From Leucoraja erinacea (taxonomy: Eukaryota), in NCBI RefSeq assembly GCF_028641065.1, contig NC_073384.1, forward strand, positions 53,878,001-53,942,000: a DNA stretch of 64,000 nt. The letters run 5' to 3'. Below are positions 25,877 through 36,171 of this stretch, piece after piece. Position numbers and translations under genes: made by a program. Position 1 is the first letter of the stretch. Each line of letters opens with the position of its first letter. Under the pieces are notes generated by a model. The model was not told the DNA's origin, made no database searches, and was given only the letters and a program-made list of their open reading frames with translations.

Positions 25877-26100
25877 TGTAGCGGGGACTCCAGGAGTCCA
25901 GCCAAGAATGAGGCGAAAACGAGTTGTGTGAATGAAATGGTGTTTATTTCTGCATTATGCCGCTTCCAACGTCAACCCTGTGACCAGGCGTGACGCGACC
26001 TTGAATACCCCGGGTCGGACCCCATGACCCAATGCCTCCTACTCCGAGACGTTCAACTCCTCCCTCCTGAACCGAGGGTTCGCTACCAGGTACCGCCACA
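25877..26100 (-). repeat. 5' LTR of the Gypsy element
   Basis: TGTAGCGG...CCGCCACA with short terminal inverted repeats; adjacent to the PBS. Confidence 0.93.
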
Positions 26101-26854
26101 CCGTCTCCTTTTCTTCACCCTTCCACCACTAAGTCACCCTACCATCCACCTACAGCAGGCACAGTTTATATAGCCAATTAACCTATTAATCAGCCTGTCT
26201 TTGGCATTTGGGAAAGAAACTAGGAGAACATGCAAACTCCACGCAACTACTGGATCAATATTTCACTAGTTCAATATTATCCAGCTACAGTACATATGCA
26301 ATCAAGGTTCTATTCAAACACTTCCCTGGACTGCGATGCAATATTTCCAAACAAGTTACAATTATGATAGCCAATAATTAGGCTGAAAATATGGTGACTT
26401 TCAAAAGGGTGAGACTTAGTGTCGTTGCACCAATTGGCCAAAATGATCTCCTAATCAAAATAACTCAGTTTCTCTTGTCCACCGACACTATGTTTAATGA
26501 ATGTCTCTAAATTTGTATTGGAATGTGTAAAATCAAGGGTGATAAATTCCCTTGGTGGCCTAGCTTGCTCCACAATCATTTTTATGCAGCGTTTGATTAA
26601 TTTTATTAAAATATGGGGATAATATCAAACAAAAGGTAATTTTTTACTTAAAAACGAGCAATTTTATCTTGCGTCTCTGGGGTGTAAATTTACATCTCAA
26701 AGTCACATACAATTTTGTATAACTTTAACAGATCATTGTTCTGCCACAAATGGCTATAAGGATGGCCAACGTGGAAAATAAAAATTCAAAACACAGTATT
26801 TCAAGTATGATGCAATTTGTAATTTTTAAGAAAGTTCCATGCCTGAGTTAGAAT

Positions 26855-27466
26855 TAGTTTAGTTTAGTTTAAAGTTACAGTGCGGAAACAGGCCCTTTGG
26901 CCCACCGAGTCTGCACTGACCAGCGATCCCCGCTCACTAACACTATCCTACACACACTAGGAATCATTTTACATTTATACTGTCAATTAACCTACAAACT
27001 TGTATGTCTGAGTGTGGGAGGAAACTGAAGATCTCGGAAAAAACTCACACAGATCATGGGGAGAATATACAAACTCACGTACAGACACAACCGTAGACAG
27101 GATGGAACCCGGGACTCTGGCGCTGTGTAGCTCCACTGCCAAACCACCATGCCGGTAGAGCCAGTACCTGCTGCAGGGCCAACATTGCCTCCACTCAACA
27201 TGCGAGGCTGGGCCCAAACAGCAGATAACATCTCAGACAACACAAGCAACAGGTTACACAGGCTAGAGTCAATTTACATGTATACCAAGCCAATTAACCT
27301 CCAAATCTGTTTGGCTTTGGTATGTGGGAGGAAACGACATATCTCGTAGAAAATCCACGCGATCACGGGGAGAACGTACAAACTCCATACAGAACAGCGC
27401 CCGTAGACGGGATAGAACCCGGGTCTCTGGCACTGTAAGGCAGCAACTCTACCGCTGCCCCACCGT
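26855..27466 (-). mobile_element. Two HE1/V-SINE copies (26855-27149 full length; ~27265-27466 partial)
   Basis: (tagtt)n tail, ggaaacaggccc, ccaattaacct.caaa, and a tRNA head (gg.t.gaacccggg.ctctggc.ctgt). Confidence 0.88.
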
Positions 27467-27479
27467 TCAGAGAAATATA

Positions 27480-28203
27480 CACGGTAGAACTTTGTTTCAG
27501 AACACTATTCCCTCCAGATCACCATTGCCCTGGCCTCTTGGGATTTTTGATGACGGACAGAGCATTTTGTGGGCAGCAATCATCAAAAATGGGCATCATC
27601 ATCTGCGCTCAGGGCCCAGTCTGTGTCTGTGTCAGCTCCCCAGCGCCCAAAGCACGGGCCCGACTACAGCCCCGGGGCTCGTCCCCAACCAGGCATCTTC
27701 ACCTTCCCTCTTCTTTCCCCTCTCCTCCTCCATCAATCACCTCTCCCTCCCTCAGTCCCTTTGTTTGCTCCATAACCCCTCTGCATCCATGCTCCCCTCC
27801 ACCCTATCCCACCCCACTCCCCACCTCCCCTCCCACGATTTTTTAATGTAAATGAGAGTCGGATTCCCTGTGTGACGTTATTGTGAATGAAAGCGGAAGA
27901 ATTTGAATAAAACAGATTTTGTTTTTAATTTTATGTAAATGGAATTTTGGGATTCCATCGTGATGTCATTGACAGGCAGGGCAAGTGGAAGTGTGCTTTA
28001 AAAGTATTTTTTGTAAAGTTTCACATGTCAATAAATTGTAAATAATAACATCAATCTAAACAAAACTTGGTTAACGGATACCCTAGGACAATGATGGGCC
28101 ACAAATTGTAGCGCTATCGTGTACCGCTTTGGCGGAGTTTTGGAATCACACACGCACGCATTCAAACAAACAAAATGATTTTTTTAGTAATATTATAACA
28201 GAT
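27480..28203 (-). mobile_element. Helitron-like non-autonomous element (5' portion recognisable)
   Basis: 28020-28203 is homologous to 51705-51877 (atcaataa...ataacatcaa...gtagcgctatcgtgtaccg...cacac...ttttagtaata). No 3' hairpin was found. Confidence 0.55.
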
Positions 28204-28244
28204 AGATAATAATACTTTTGGCAAATTTAGTAATTCTCCCTTTA

Positions 28245-28775
28245 ACCATATAGACATAGAAACATAGAAAATAGGTGCAGGAGTAGGCCATTTAGCCCTT
28301 CGAGCCTGCACCGCCATTCAATATGATCATGGCTGATCATCCAACTCAGTATCCTGTACCTGCCTTCTCTCCATACCCCCTGATCCCTTTAGCCGCAAGG
28401 GCCACATCTAACTCCCTCTTAAATATAGCCAATGAACAGTCCTCAACTACCTTCTGCGGGAGAGAATTCCTGAGATTCACCACTCTCTGTGGGAAAAAAG
28501 TTTTCCTCATCTCGGTCGTAAAAGATTTCCCCCTTATCCTTAAACTGTGACCCCTTGTTCTGGACTTCCCCAACATCGGGAACAATCTTCCTGCATCTAG
28601 CCTGTCCAACCCCTTAAGAATTTTGTAAGTTTCTATAAGTTTCTATAACCCCTCAATCTTCTAAATTATAGCGAGTACAAGTCGAGTCTATCCAGTCTTT
28701 CTTCATATGAAAGTCCTGACATCCCAGGAATCAGTCCCGTGAACCTTCTCTGTACTCCCTCTATGGCAAGAATGT
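28245..28775 (-). mobile_element. CR1 LINE 3' fragment, family with (ttctatgt)n tail
   Basis: LAIEGVQRRFTGLIPGMSGLSYEERLDRLDLYSL and TRGHSLRIRG...FFPQRVVNL.NSLP. Confidence 0.93.
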
Positions 28776-30496
28776 CTAACCATATAACAATTACAGCACG
28801 GAAACAGGCCATCTCGGCCCTACAAGTCCGCATCGAACAATTATTTTCCCCTAGTCCCATCTACCTGCACTCAGACCATAACCCTCCATTCCTTTGCCAT
28901 CCATATACCTATTTATTTATTTATTTTTAACAATTTACAGCACGGAAACAGGCCATCTCGACCCTTCTAGTCCGTGCCGAACACGTATTCTCCCCTAGTC
29001 CCATATACCTGCGCTCAGACCATAACCCTCCATTCCTTTCCCGTCCATATAATTATCCAATTTATTTTTAAATGATAAAAACGAACCTTCCTCCACCACC
29101 TGCATTCTTCAATTCCCTACCATTTATCATGTACGTCCTATTTTGATTTGTCCTGCCAAGATGTAGCACCTCACACTTATCAGCATTAAACTGCATCTGC
29201 CATCTTTCAGCCCACTCTTCCAACTGGCATAAATCTCTCTGTAGACTTTGAAAATCTACTTCATTATCCACAACCCCACCTACCTTAGTATCATCTGCAT
29301 ACTTACTAATCCAATTTACCACACCATCATCCAGATCATTGATGTACATGACAAACAACAGTGGACCCAACACAGATCACTGTGGCACCCCACTAGTCAC
29401 TGGCCTCCAACCTGACAAACAACCATCCACCATTACTCTCTGGCATCTCCCATTCAGCCACTGTTGAATCCATCTTGCTACTCCACCATTAATACCCAAC
29501 CATTGAACCTTCTTAACCAACCTTCCATGAGGAACCTTGTCAAATGCCTTACTGAAGTCCATATATACAACATCCACTGCTTTACCCTCATAATTATCCT
29601 ACAATTATTGTAGATTTCCCAAGTAACCTCTTCAAAAAATTCAAGAAGATTAGTCAAACATGACCTTCCAGGCACAAATCTGTTGACTGTTCCTAATCAG
29701 ACCCTGTTTATCCAGATGCTTATATATATTATCTCTAAGTATCCTTTCCATTAATTTGCCCACCATTGACGTCAAACTAACAGGTGTATAATTGCTAGGT
29801 TTACTCTTAGACCCCTTTTTAAACAATGGAACAACAGGCGCAGTACGCCAATCCTCCGGTACTATTCCCGTTTCTAATGACATTTGAAATATTTCTGTCA
29901 TAGCCCCTGATATTTCTACACTAACTTCCCTCAATGCCCTAGGGAATATCCTGTCCGGACCTGGAGACTTATCCACTTTTATATTTCTCAAAAGTGTCAG
30001 TACTTCCTCTTCTTTGAATCTCATAGATTCCATAGCTACTCTACTTGTTTCCCTTACCTCACATAATTCAATATCCTTCTCCTTGGTGAATACCGAAGAA
30101 AATAAATTGTTCAATATCTCCCCCATCTCTTTTGGCTCTGCAGATAGCTGTCCACTCTGACTCAAATGGACCAATTTTATCCCTCGTTATCCTTTTGCTA
30201 TTAATATAGCTGTAGAAACCCTTTGAATTCACTTTCACCTTACTTGCCAAAGCAACCATATCTTCTTTTAGCTTTTCTAATTTCTTTCTTAAGATTCTTT
30301 TTACATTCTTTATACTCCTCAAGCACCTCATTTACTCCATGCTGCCTATAATTATTGTAGATCTCTCTCTTTTTCCAAACCAAGTGTCCAATTTCCCTTG
30401 AAAACCATGGCTCTTTCCAATTTTTACTATTTCCTTTCAACCGAACAGGGACATAAAGACTCTTAAAATTTCACCTTTAAATGTACTCCATTTCTC
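28776..30496 (-). mobile_element. CR1 tail fragment (28776-28920) plus a long internally deleted CR1 ORF2 (28930-30496)
   Basis: LGPLLFVMYINDL...KYADD, VVYMDFSKAFDKVPH, GRSCLTNLLEFFE, DKSPGPDRIFPR and VPEDWR.APVVPLFKKG. Confidence 0.95.
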
Positions 30497-30975
30497 ATAT
30501 AACCATATAACAATTACAGCACGGAAACAGGCCATCTCGGCCCTACAAGTCCGTGCCGAACATCTTTTTTCTCTTAGTCCCACCTGCCTGCACTCATACC
30601 ATAACCCTCCATTCCCTTCTCATCCATATGCCTATCCAATTTACTTTTATATGATACCAATGAACCTGCCTCCACCACTTCCACTGGAAGCTCATTCCAC
30701 ACCGCTACCACTCTCTGAGTAAAGAAGTTCCCCCTCATGTTACCCCTAAACTTCTGTCCCTTAATTCTGAAGTCATGTCCTCTTGTTTGAATCTTCCCTA
30801 TTCTCAAAGGGAAAAGCTTGTCCACATCAACTCTGTCTATCCCTCTCATCATTTTAAAGACCTCTATCAAGTCCCCCTTAACCTTCTGCGCTCCAGAGAA
30901 TAAAGACCTAACTTATTCAACCTTTCTCTGTAACTTAGTTGTTGAAACCCAGGCAACATTTGAGTAAATCTCTGA
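30497..30975 (-). mobile_element. Young CR1 LINE 3' fragment
   Basis: ORF 30574-30870 is almost identical to ORF 10198-10584. Confidence 0.95.
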
Positions 30976-31155
30976 TTTATAAAGATTTGTCCAGGTGCTC
31001 TGGTTTCCCCCCACATCTCAAAGACATACGTGTTTGTACGTTAACTCAAGCTAACTAGGTTATCCCACTTTCTTATCAATTCCCTGCACAACAGTGTAAT
31101 TTACACAAACTGTGGTTGGCGTGTACTTGGAGGGCAGAAGGGCCTGTTTCCAAAC

Positions 31156-31459
31156 AATGGGGAATTAGGGGAGGGCACCATCAAATGGGGAATTAGGGGA
31201 GGGCACCATCAAATGGGGAATTAGGGGAGGGCACCATCAAATGGGGAATTAGGGGAGGGCACCATCAAATGGGGAATTAGGGGAGGGCACCATCAAATGG
31301 GGAATTAGGGGAGGGCACCATCAAAAATTAGGGGAGGGCACCATCAAATGGGGAATTAGGGGAGGGCACCATCAAATGGGGAATTAGGGGAGGGCACCAT
31401 CAAATGGGAAATTAGGGGAGGGCACCATCAAATGGGGAATTAGGGGAGGGCACCATCAA
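31156..31459 (+). repeat. 28-bp minisatellite (AAATGGGGAATTAGGGGAGGGCACCATC), about 11 copies
   Basis: Near-perfect tandem units, one shortened at ~31323. Confidence 0.97.
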
Positions 31460-31489
31460 TTATGTTTGTTTGCTCTGGGCACTGTGAGC

Positions 31490-31695
31490 TGTCGATGCTG
31501 GTTTACACCGAAGATCCACACAAAATGCTGGAGTAACCCAGCAGGACAGGCAACAAGTCTGGAATGGGTGATGTTTCAGGTTGAGACCCTCGCCCGACTG
31601 TCTGAGGAAGGGTCTCGACCCGAAACATCCCCCATTCCTTCTCTCCATAGATACTGCCTGTCCAGCTGAGTTACTCCAGATTTTTGTGTCTAACT
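31490..31695. mobile_element. Palindromic Penelope-terminus mini-element with a hammerhead core at ~31602
   Basis: Inverted arms (cacaaaatgctggagtaac... / ...gttactccagatttttgtg). The + strand reads CTGAGGAagggtctcgacccGAAAcatc. Confidence 0.85.
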
Positions 31696-32202
31696 TTGTT
31701 TGACCCATCTTTAATAAATTTACATTACTTTGTGACAGGCCACTTTCACAATGTTTCCACTAGTGGGAGATAGTGAAAGGACGTTCCTTTAGGTAGGTGA
31801 TGAGGAGGAATTTATTTAGTCAGAGGGGGGTGAACCCTGACATCACCCCTTGTCCGAGGCAAGAGGGAAGCCCGCTCTCTAACGCTGACCCCCACCCCTT
31901 CACCTCTGACCCTGGCCTAGGTCAGGACACCAGGGTGGTCATTATCTCGGGGAATTCATTCACTCTGACCCCCTGCTCTCTAACCCTCCTCACCTGACCC
32001 CTGATTCTGAGGTCAGCACAGGACGGGCCTGAGCATGGGGAAGTGCTGGTGTGACCTTTTGACCAGACTCATACACACTGACCCCAGACCCCACACTGTG
32101 ACCCCATTCCAGAGTTCACTGCAGAGGTGGTGCAGGCTGGTTCGGACCCCGGGCTGGGGGTCAGTAGAGGAGAGTTTGACCCCTGACCCGTGAACCTGTG
32201 GG

Positions 32203-32639
32203 TCAGTGGAGGCTGGCCACCTGTGGCCGGGGGAATCGGTACCGGTAGCCACTGTCCAGTGTACGGCGAGGTTCCACCCACTGGCCCTGCAGCAGCAACA
32301 ATGCCCGCTCTGGCCACAGTGCAGCCTGCACCAATGCAGCCGGCACCCGCAGCTGGGCTCCACGCCCCAGGCTCCCCGCCAGTGCCTCCGCAAACTCCCC
32401 CTGGGTGCAGCAAGATGGGGCAACGCCGTTCAGCACCCCTTCCACTCCTCCCAACCTCCCCCCCCTCCTCTCACTCCCCCTCCCTCTGCACCCCCTCCAG
32501 TGCGTGCAGCAAGATCCCAGCCAGGTCTTCCACGTGGATCCAGGGGAAGGGCTGGAGTCCGGAGCCCCCCCACAAAATCCCATCCAAAATGGCAGCAGCA
32601 TCGGAGGCAGCACTCCCCCCGCTCTCCCCAGGACCACTC
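32203..32639 (-). pseudogene. SDR39U1: Orphan last coding exon of SDR39U1 (epimerase family protein), two frameshifts, native 3' splice site retained
   Basis: Reads (G)VVLGRAGGVLPPMLLPFWMG, frameshift, GSGLQPFPWIHVEDLAGILLHALE, frameshift, GVEGVLNGVAPSCCTQGEFAEALAGSLGR...VQAALWPERALLLLQGQWVEPRRTLDSGYRYRFP. This matches the vertebrate SDR39U1 C-terminus as recalled (GVVLGRGGG..MLLPF..GSGHQFFPWIH..DLAGIL.HALE..GVLNGVAP..EFA..RA.MLLEGQKV.PQRTL.TGYQY.FP). Polypyrimidine tract and CAG at 32640-32700. Confidence 0.88.
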
Positions 32640-33131
32640 CTGCAGCGGGCGGTGGTGGAGGGGGATGGGGGGGGGAGAGGAGGGTAAAAGAAAGAGTGGT
32701 GAGATGTGAAGTAGAGACTCCAGGAACAGACGGAGCAGACAGACCAACTCCAGGGGGAGTGAGAGGAGGGATGAACCCACCATGGTGGACGGATACAGAG
32801 GATGGACGGATGCTGGGGGACAGAGACAGGGGACGGACTGAAGGCAGGGGGAGGGAGACAGGTGACTGTAGTGTATGTAATGGTGAGTGTACCTTGCAGA
32901 ACTGTGTACCAGATGGTGTGTTATTAGTTTAGTTTAGAGATACAGCATGGAAACAGGCCCTTCAGTGCAACTTGCCCATATAGGACAAAATGTCCCTGCT
33001 ACACTAGCTGACCTCCCGGTGGCTCAGCACTTCAACTCCCCTTCCCACTCCGTCTCTGACCTCTCTGTCCTGGGTCTCCTCCATGGCCACAGCGAGCAGC
33101 ACCAGAAATTGGAGGAACAATTGGAGGAACA

Positions 33132-33990
33132 ATCCACTAGGGGCACTGCCCTGGCAGCAGCCTCTACCTACAGCCTGTATGTAATTTCTATCTTTTTTAT
33201 TATTTTTAGTTAGTCTTAAGTCTGTTTCAGGGGGAAACTTTTACTTTTCTATGTGGGGGAGGGGGGCAAGGTAAGGGGGAAACCGTTTCTCAGCCTCTTC
33301 CTGGCGGGGACGCGACTATTTCTCCGAGTCGCGTCCTCGCCCTCCACCTCGCGGCCTACCAGCTGGATCGGAGCGGCCTTTCCTGCCGGGGACTGGAAAC
33401 CGGACCAGGGCTGCTACAGCGGTGGCGCAGCGCTAGAGTCACCACGGAGCGGGCGATGCCTACCTGGGTCGCCGTTTGGACCTCCGGAGCATTGGGCCGT
33501 TGCTCCAACATCGTGAAGCTCTGGTGCGGAGAGCTTCCAACGCGGGCGGCGCTGAACAACACCGAGGAGTCCTGGGGCGCCTTGTAGACGGTCTCCAGCA
33601 GCAGTCTCCACCCGGTGCGGCCTACGGACCTTGGAAGCCGCCGACTCCGGTAGGAGGGCGCCGACTCTGGTGTCCACGCCGCTGAGGACGTCCCGCAGCC
33701 CCGACGTCGGACTGGTATCATCCCAGCGTGCGGTCCTGGACATCGGGCCGCCCGTAGCTGCAACTGCGGAGGGCTTGGGGAGACCCTGACCACGGGGAAC
33801 AGTGGAGGAAAGAGACTGACTTTGGTGCCTTCCCTCACAGTGGGAAGCTTTGATTCTGCTGTGTGGGGATGTTTTGTGTTAAATTCTATAGTGTGTTGAG
33901 TCCTGTTTATTTTTATTGTATGGCTGTATGGGAATTCATTTCACTGTGCCATCTGGCACACGTGACAATTAAATTTATCTTGTATCTTGT
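33132..33990 (+). mobile_element. GC-rich non-coding retroposon (~860 bp) with a Rex1-like 3' tail, copy 2
   Basis: Homologous to the reverse complement of 1784-2693. Ends tttcactgtgccatctggcacacgtgacaattaaa..(tatcttg)2. Candidate TSD AACA at 33128-33131 and 33991-33994. Confidence 0.8.
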
Positions 33991-34173
33991 AACAGCACCT
34001 CATATTCCGCTTGGGGAGTCTGCATCCTGGGGGCATGAACATCGAATTCACCCAATATTGTTAGTCCTTGCTATCTACCCCCCTTCCCCATCCCCCTGCT
34101 GTCTCCTCCCATCCCCCGCCTTCGGGCTACTCCTCCTTTTTCCTTTCTTGTCCCCGCCCCCCCACCTCCGATC

Positions 34174-34207
34174 AGTCTGAAGAAGGGTTTCGGCCCGAAA
34201 CGTTGCC
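34174..34207 (+). ncRNA. Minimal type I hammerhead ribozyme motif (Penelope terminus)
   Basis: CTGAAGA-A-GGGT-TTCG-GCCC-GAAA-CGTT: intact CUGANGA and GAAA core, stem II with a UUCG loop, and palindromic AACGTT in place of stem III. Confidence 0.8.
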
Positions 34208-34381
34208 TATTTCCTTCGCTCCATAGATGCTGCTGCACCCGCTGAGTTTCTCCAGCTTTTTTGTGTACCTTCTTTACATTATAGTCTGTTTAGAATGTCT
34301 GTTTTTACTCTATTGTAAATTTTAAGCCTACTTTCTGTTTTTAGACATGGTAATTTTAATTTGTTTTTAAAGCTCTATGTA

Positions 34382-35611
34382 CAGGTGCACAACCTTTTAT
34401 CCGGTGTTCCAGAAACCGAAAAGCTCCGAAAACCGGCCATTTTTTCCAGATGTCGTCTGCGCACCAAAGCTCGCGTTTGGCGCCAAACTTGACCCAAAAC
34501 GACCCACGGTCAACCCAGGTCTGTACTACTGTAGCGGCTGCCTCCTCCCTGGAGACCGGGAGACGCTTAAACATCTGTAAATCATTGCTTAAATGTTAGT
34601 CAGTTAGTTTGGAGGGCTTTTATGTGAAGGGGGGTGAAGGGGTAAACTTTAATTCTTAGTCCCCTACCTGGTCGGAGAGGCGGGGAGCGGTCAATGCCTT
34701 ACCGGGTCGCTGTGCAGTAAGCTCCGCAGCGCTGTGGCCGGTGGGGCTGTGGGCGACGCCGGTTGTAGCTCCGACCCCGGCAACTGTACCCCTGGCTGCG
34801 AGGCGCTCCAAATCCAGCGCGGCCCGCGGCCGGACGCCCCAGCTCCGCGAATGTCGGGAGTCGCCGGCTTCGCAGCGCTGGGATACCAGCGGGGAGCGGG
34901 CAATGCCTTACCGGGTCGCCGTGCGGCAAGCTCCGGAGCGCTGTGGCCGCCGACCCAACGTTCGCGGAGCGTCGCTGGATTTGGAGCCGCGCAGCCAGGG
35001 GTAGAGTTGCCGGGGTTGGAGCTCCAACCGGCGCCGCCCGCGGCCGGACGGAGCCCCCAGCTCCGCGGCTCCAAATCCAGCGACGCTCCGCGATGTTGTG
35101 TGTCGTCGGCCACAGCGTTCCGGAGCTTGCCGCACGGCGACCGGTAAGGCATTGCCCGCTCCCCGCTGGTATCCCAGCGCTGCGACGCCGCCGATTCCCG
35201 ACATTCCCGGAGCTGGGACGTCCGACCGCGGGCGGCGCTGGATTTGGAGCGCCTCGCAGCCAGGCGTAGAGTTGCCGGGGTCGGAGCTACAACCGGCGCC
35301 GCCCGCGGCCGGACGGAGCCTCCAGCTCCGCGAGGTTGGGAGTCGCCGACCAGGTAGGGGACTAAGAATTAAAGTTTCCCCCTTCACCCCGACTCCACCA
35401 CCACCACATAAAATCCCTCCAAACTAACTGACTAACATTTATGCAATGATTCTCCCGGTCACCCGGGAGGAGGCAGCAGCTCCAGACTTTTCAAGCCGCC
35501 CGCGCTACCTACCTAATCTACGCTAAAAATCTTCCATTCTGAAATCCGAAAATGTCCGAAATCCGACAAGTGTCTGGTCCCAAGGCTTTCGGATAAAAGG
35601 TTGTGCACCTG
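34382..35611. mobile_element. Tc1/mariner-type MITE with long internal inverted repeats
   Basis: Perfect 22-bp TIRs CAGGTGCACAACCTTTTATCCG, TA TSD at 34380-81 and 35612-13. Internal inverted arms at ~34590-34676 and 35347-35441. Confidence 0.93.
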
Positions 35612-35739
35612 TATTTATCCTTTTTTATTAACTACACTGAATGGAAACTGATCGAGCAACGTTTTTTTGTTTCCTCTGTGTAGGCGAGTACTCAGTGAAA
35701 ATGATATTAAAGAAATATTAAAGAAATACTGAAAGTCAC

Positions 35740-36075
35740 AAAAATTGGTAAAGAAAAGGTCAAGAGACTGAATGTTTTTCTCCCAGGGTGGAAATATCAA
35801 AAACTCCAGGGCAGGGATTTAAAGTGAGAGGATGAATGTTTAAAGGAGCTGCACAGAGCAATTGTTTTTAACACAATGGTTGCTGCCTGGAACAAGCTGT
35901 CAGGTGTAGAGGTGGAGGCAGATAGAATAGTAACATGTCAGAAGCTTCTGGATACACACATCACTGTACAAGGAATGGAGGGATATGAATCATGTATAGG
36001 CAAAGGGATTGGTTTAATCTGGCATCATGTTCAGCTCACACATCATGGGCCGAAGGACCTGTTCCTATATTCTAT
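35740..36075 (+). mobile_element. Degenerate CR1 3' end
   Basis: MVAAWNKLSGVEVEAD...LLD.H...GMEGY and a gggccgaaggacctgttcc tail. Confidence 0.85.
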
Positions 36076-36171
36076 GTTTTACTCATTAATTATTGCATAG
36101 AACAAAAAGTATCAATTAAGGAAGAGCCAGAAGAAGCAACAGACAGGAGGTAAAATGAAATTAGCACTTTA

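Larger units (their letters stand above)
22232..26100 (-). mobile_element. Gypsy/Ty3 LTR retrotransposon, CsRn1 clade, decayed with the RT core deleted
   Basis: LTRs at 25877-26100 and 22232-22469. tRNA-Trp PBS. Gag LKL.TFW...Q.ESQF with the CHCC motif C-IY-H-x9-C-x3-C. Protease FLVDTGAEVSV, RT SPW..LHMVPK..WRPCGDYR, RNase H FDRELLA/TDHKPL, integrase HVHVDIVGPLP/VDRFTRWPEAIP. Confidence 0.95.
33004..34270 (+). mobile_element. Penelope-like element 3' fragment (33004-33131 and 33991-34270), split by retroposon copy 2
   Basis: LADLPVAQHFNSPSHSVSDLSVLGLLHGHSEQH is identical to the C-terminus of ORF 41720-43177. The 3' UTR and terminus match 43178-43384. Confidence 0.93.

Noticed and set aside
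31156-31459. CRISPR-like appearance of the regular 28-bp repeats (also 37265-37815)
   Set aside because: Units are directly tandem with no unique spacers, there are no cas genes, and the context is a vertebrate genome.
32190-32932. Plus-strand 165-175 aa Pro-rich ORFs
   Set aside because: Antisense shadows of the GC-rich SDR39U1 exon.
34691-35427. Multiple overlapping 76-159 aa ORFs
   Set aside because: Stop-poor GC-rich repeats inside a MITE, with no transposase motifs.
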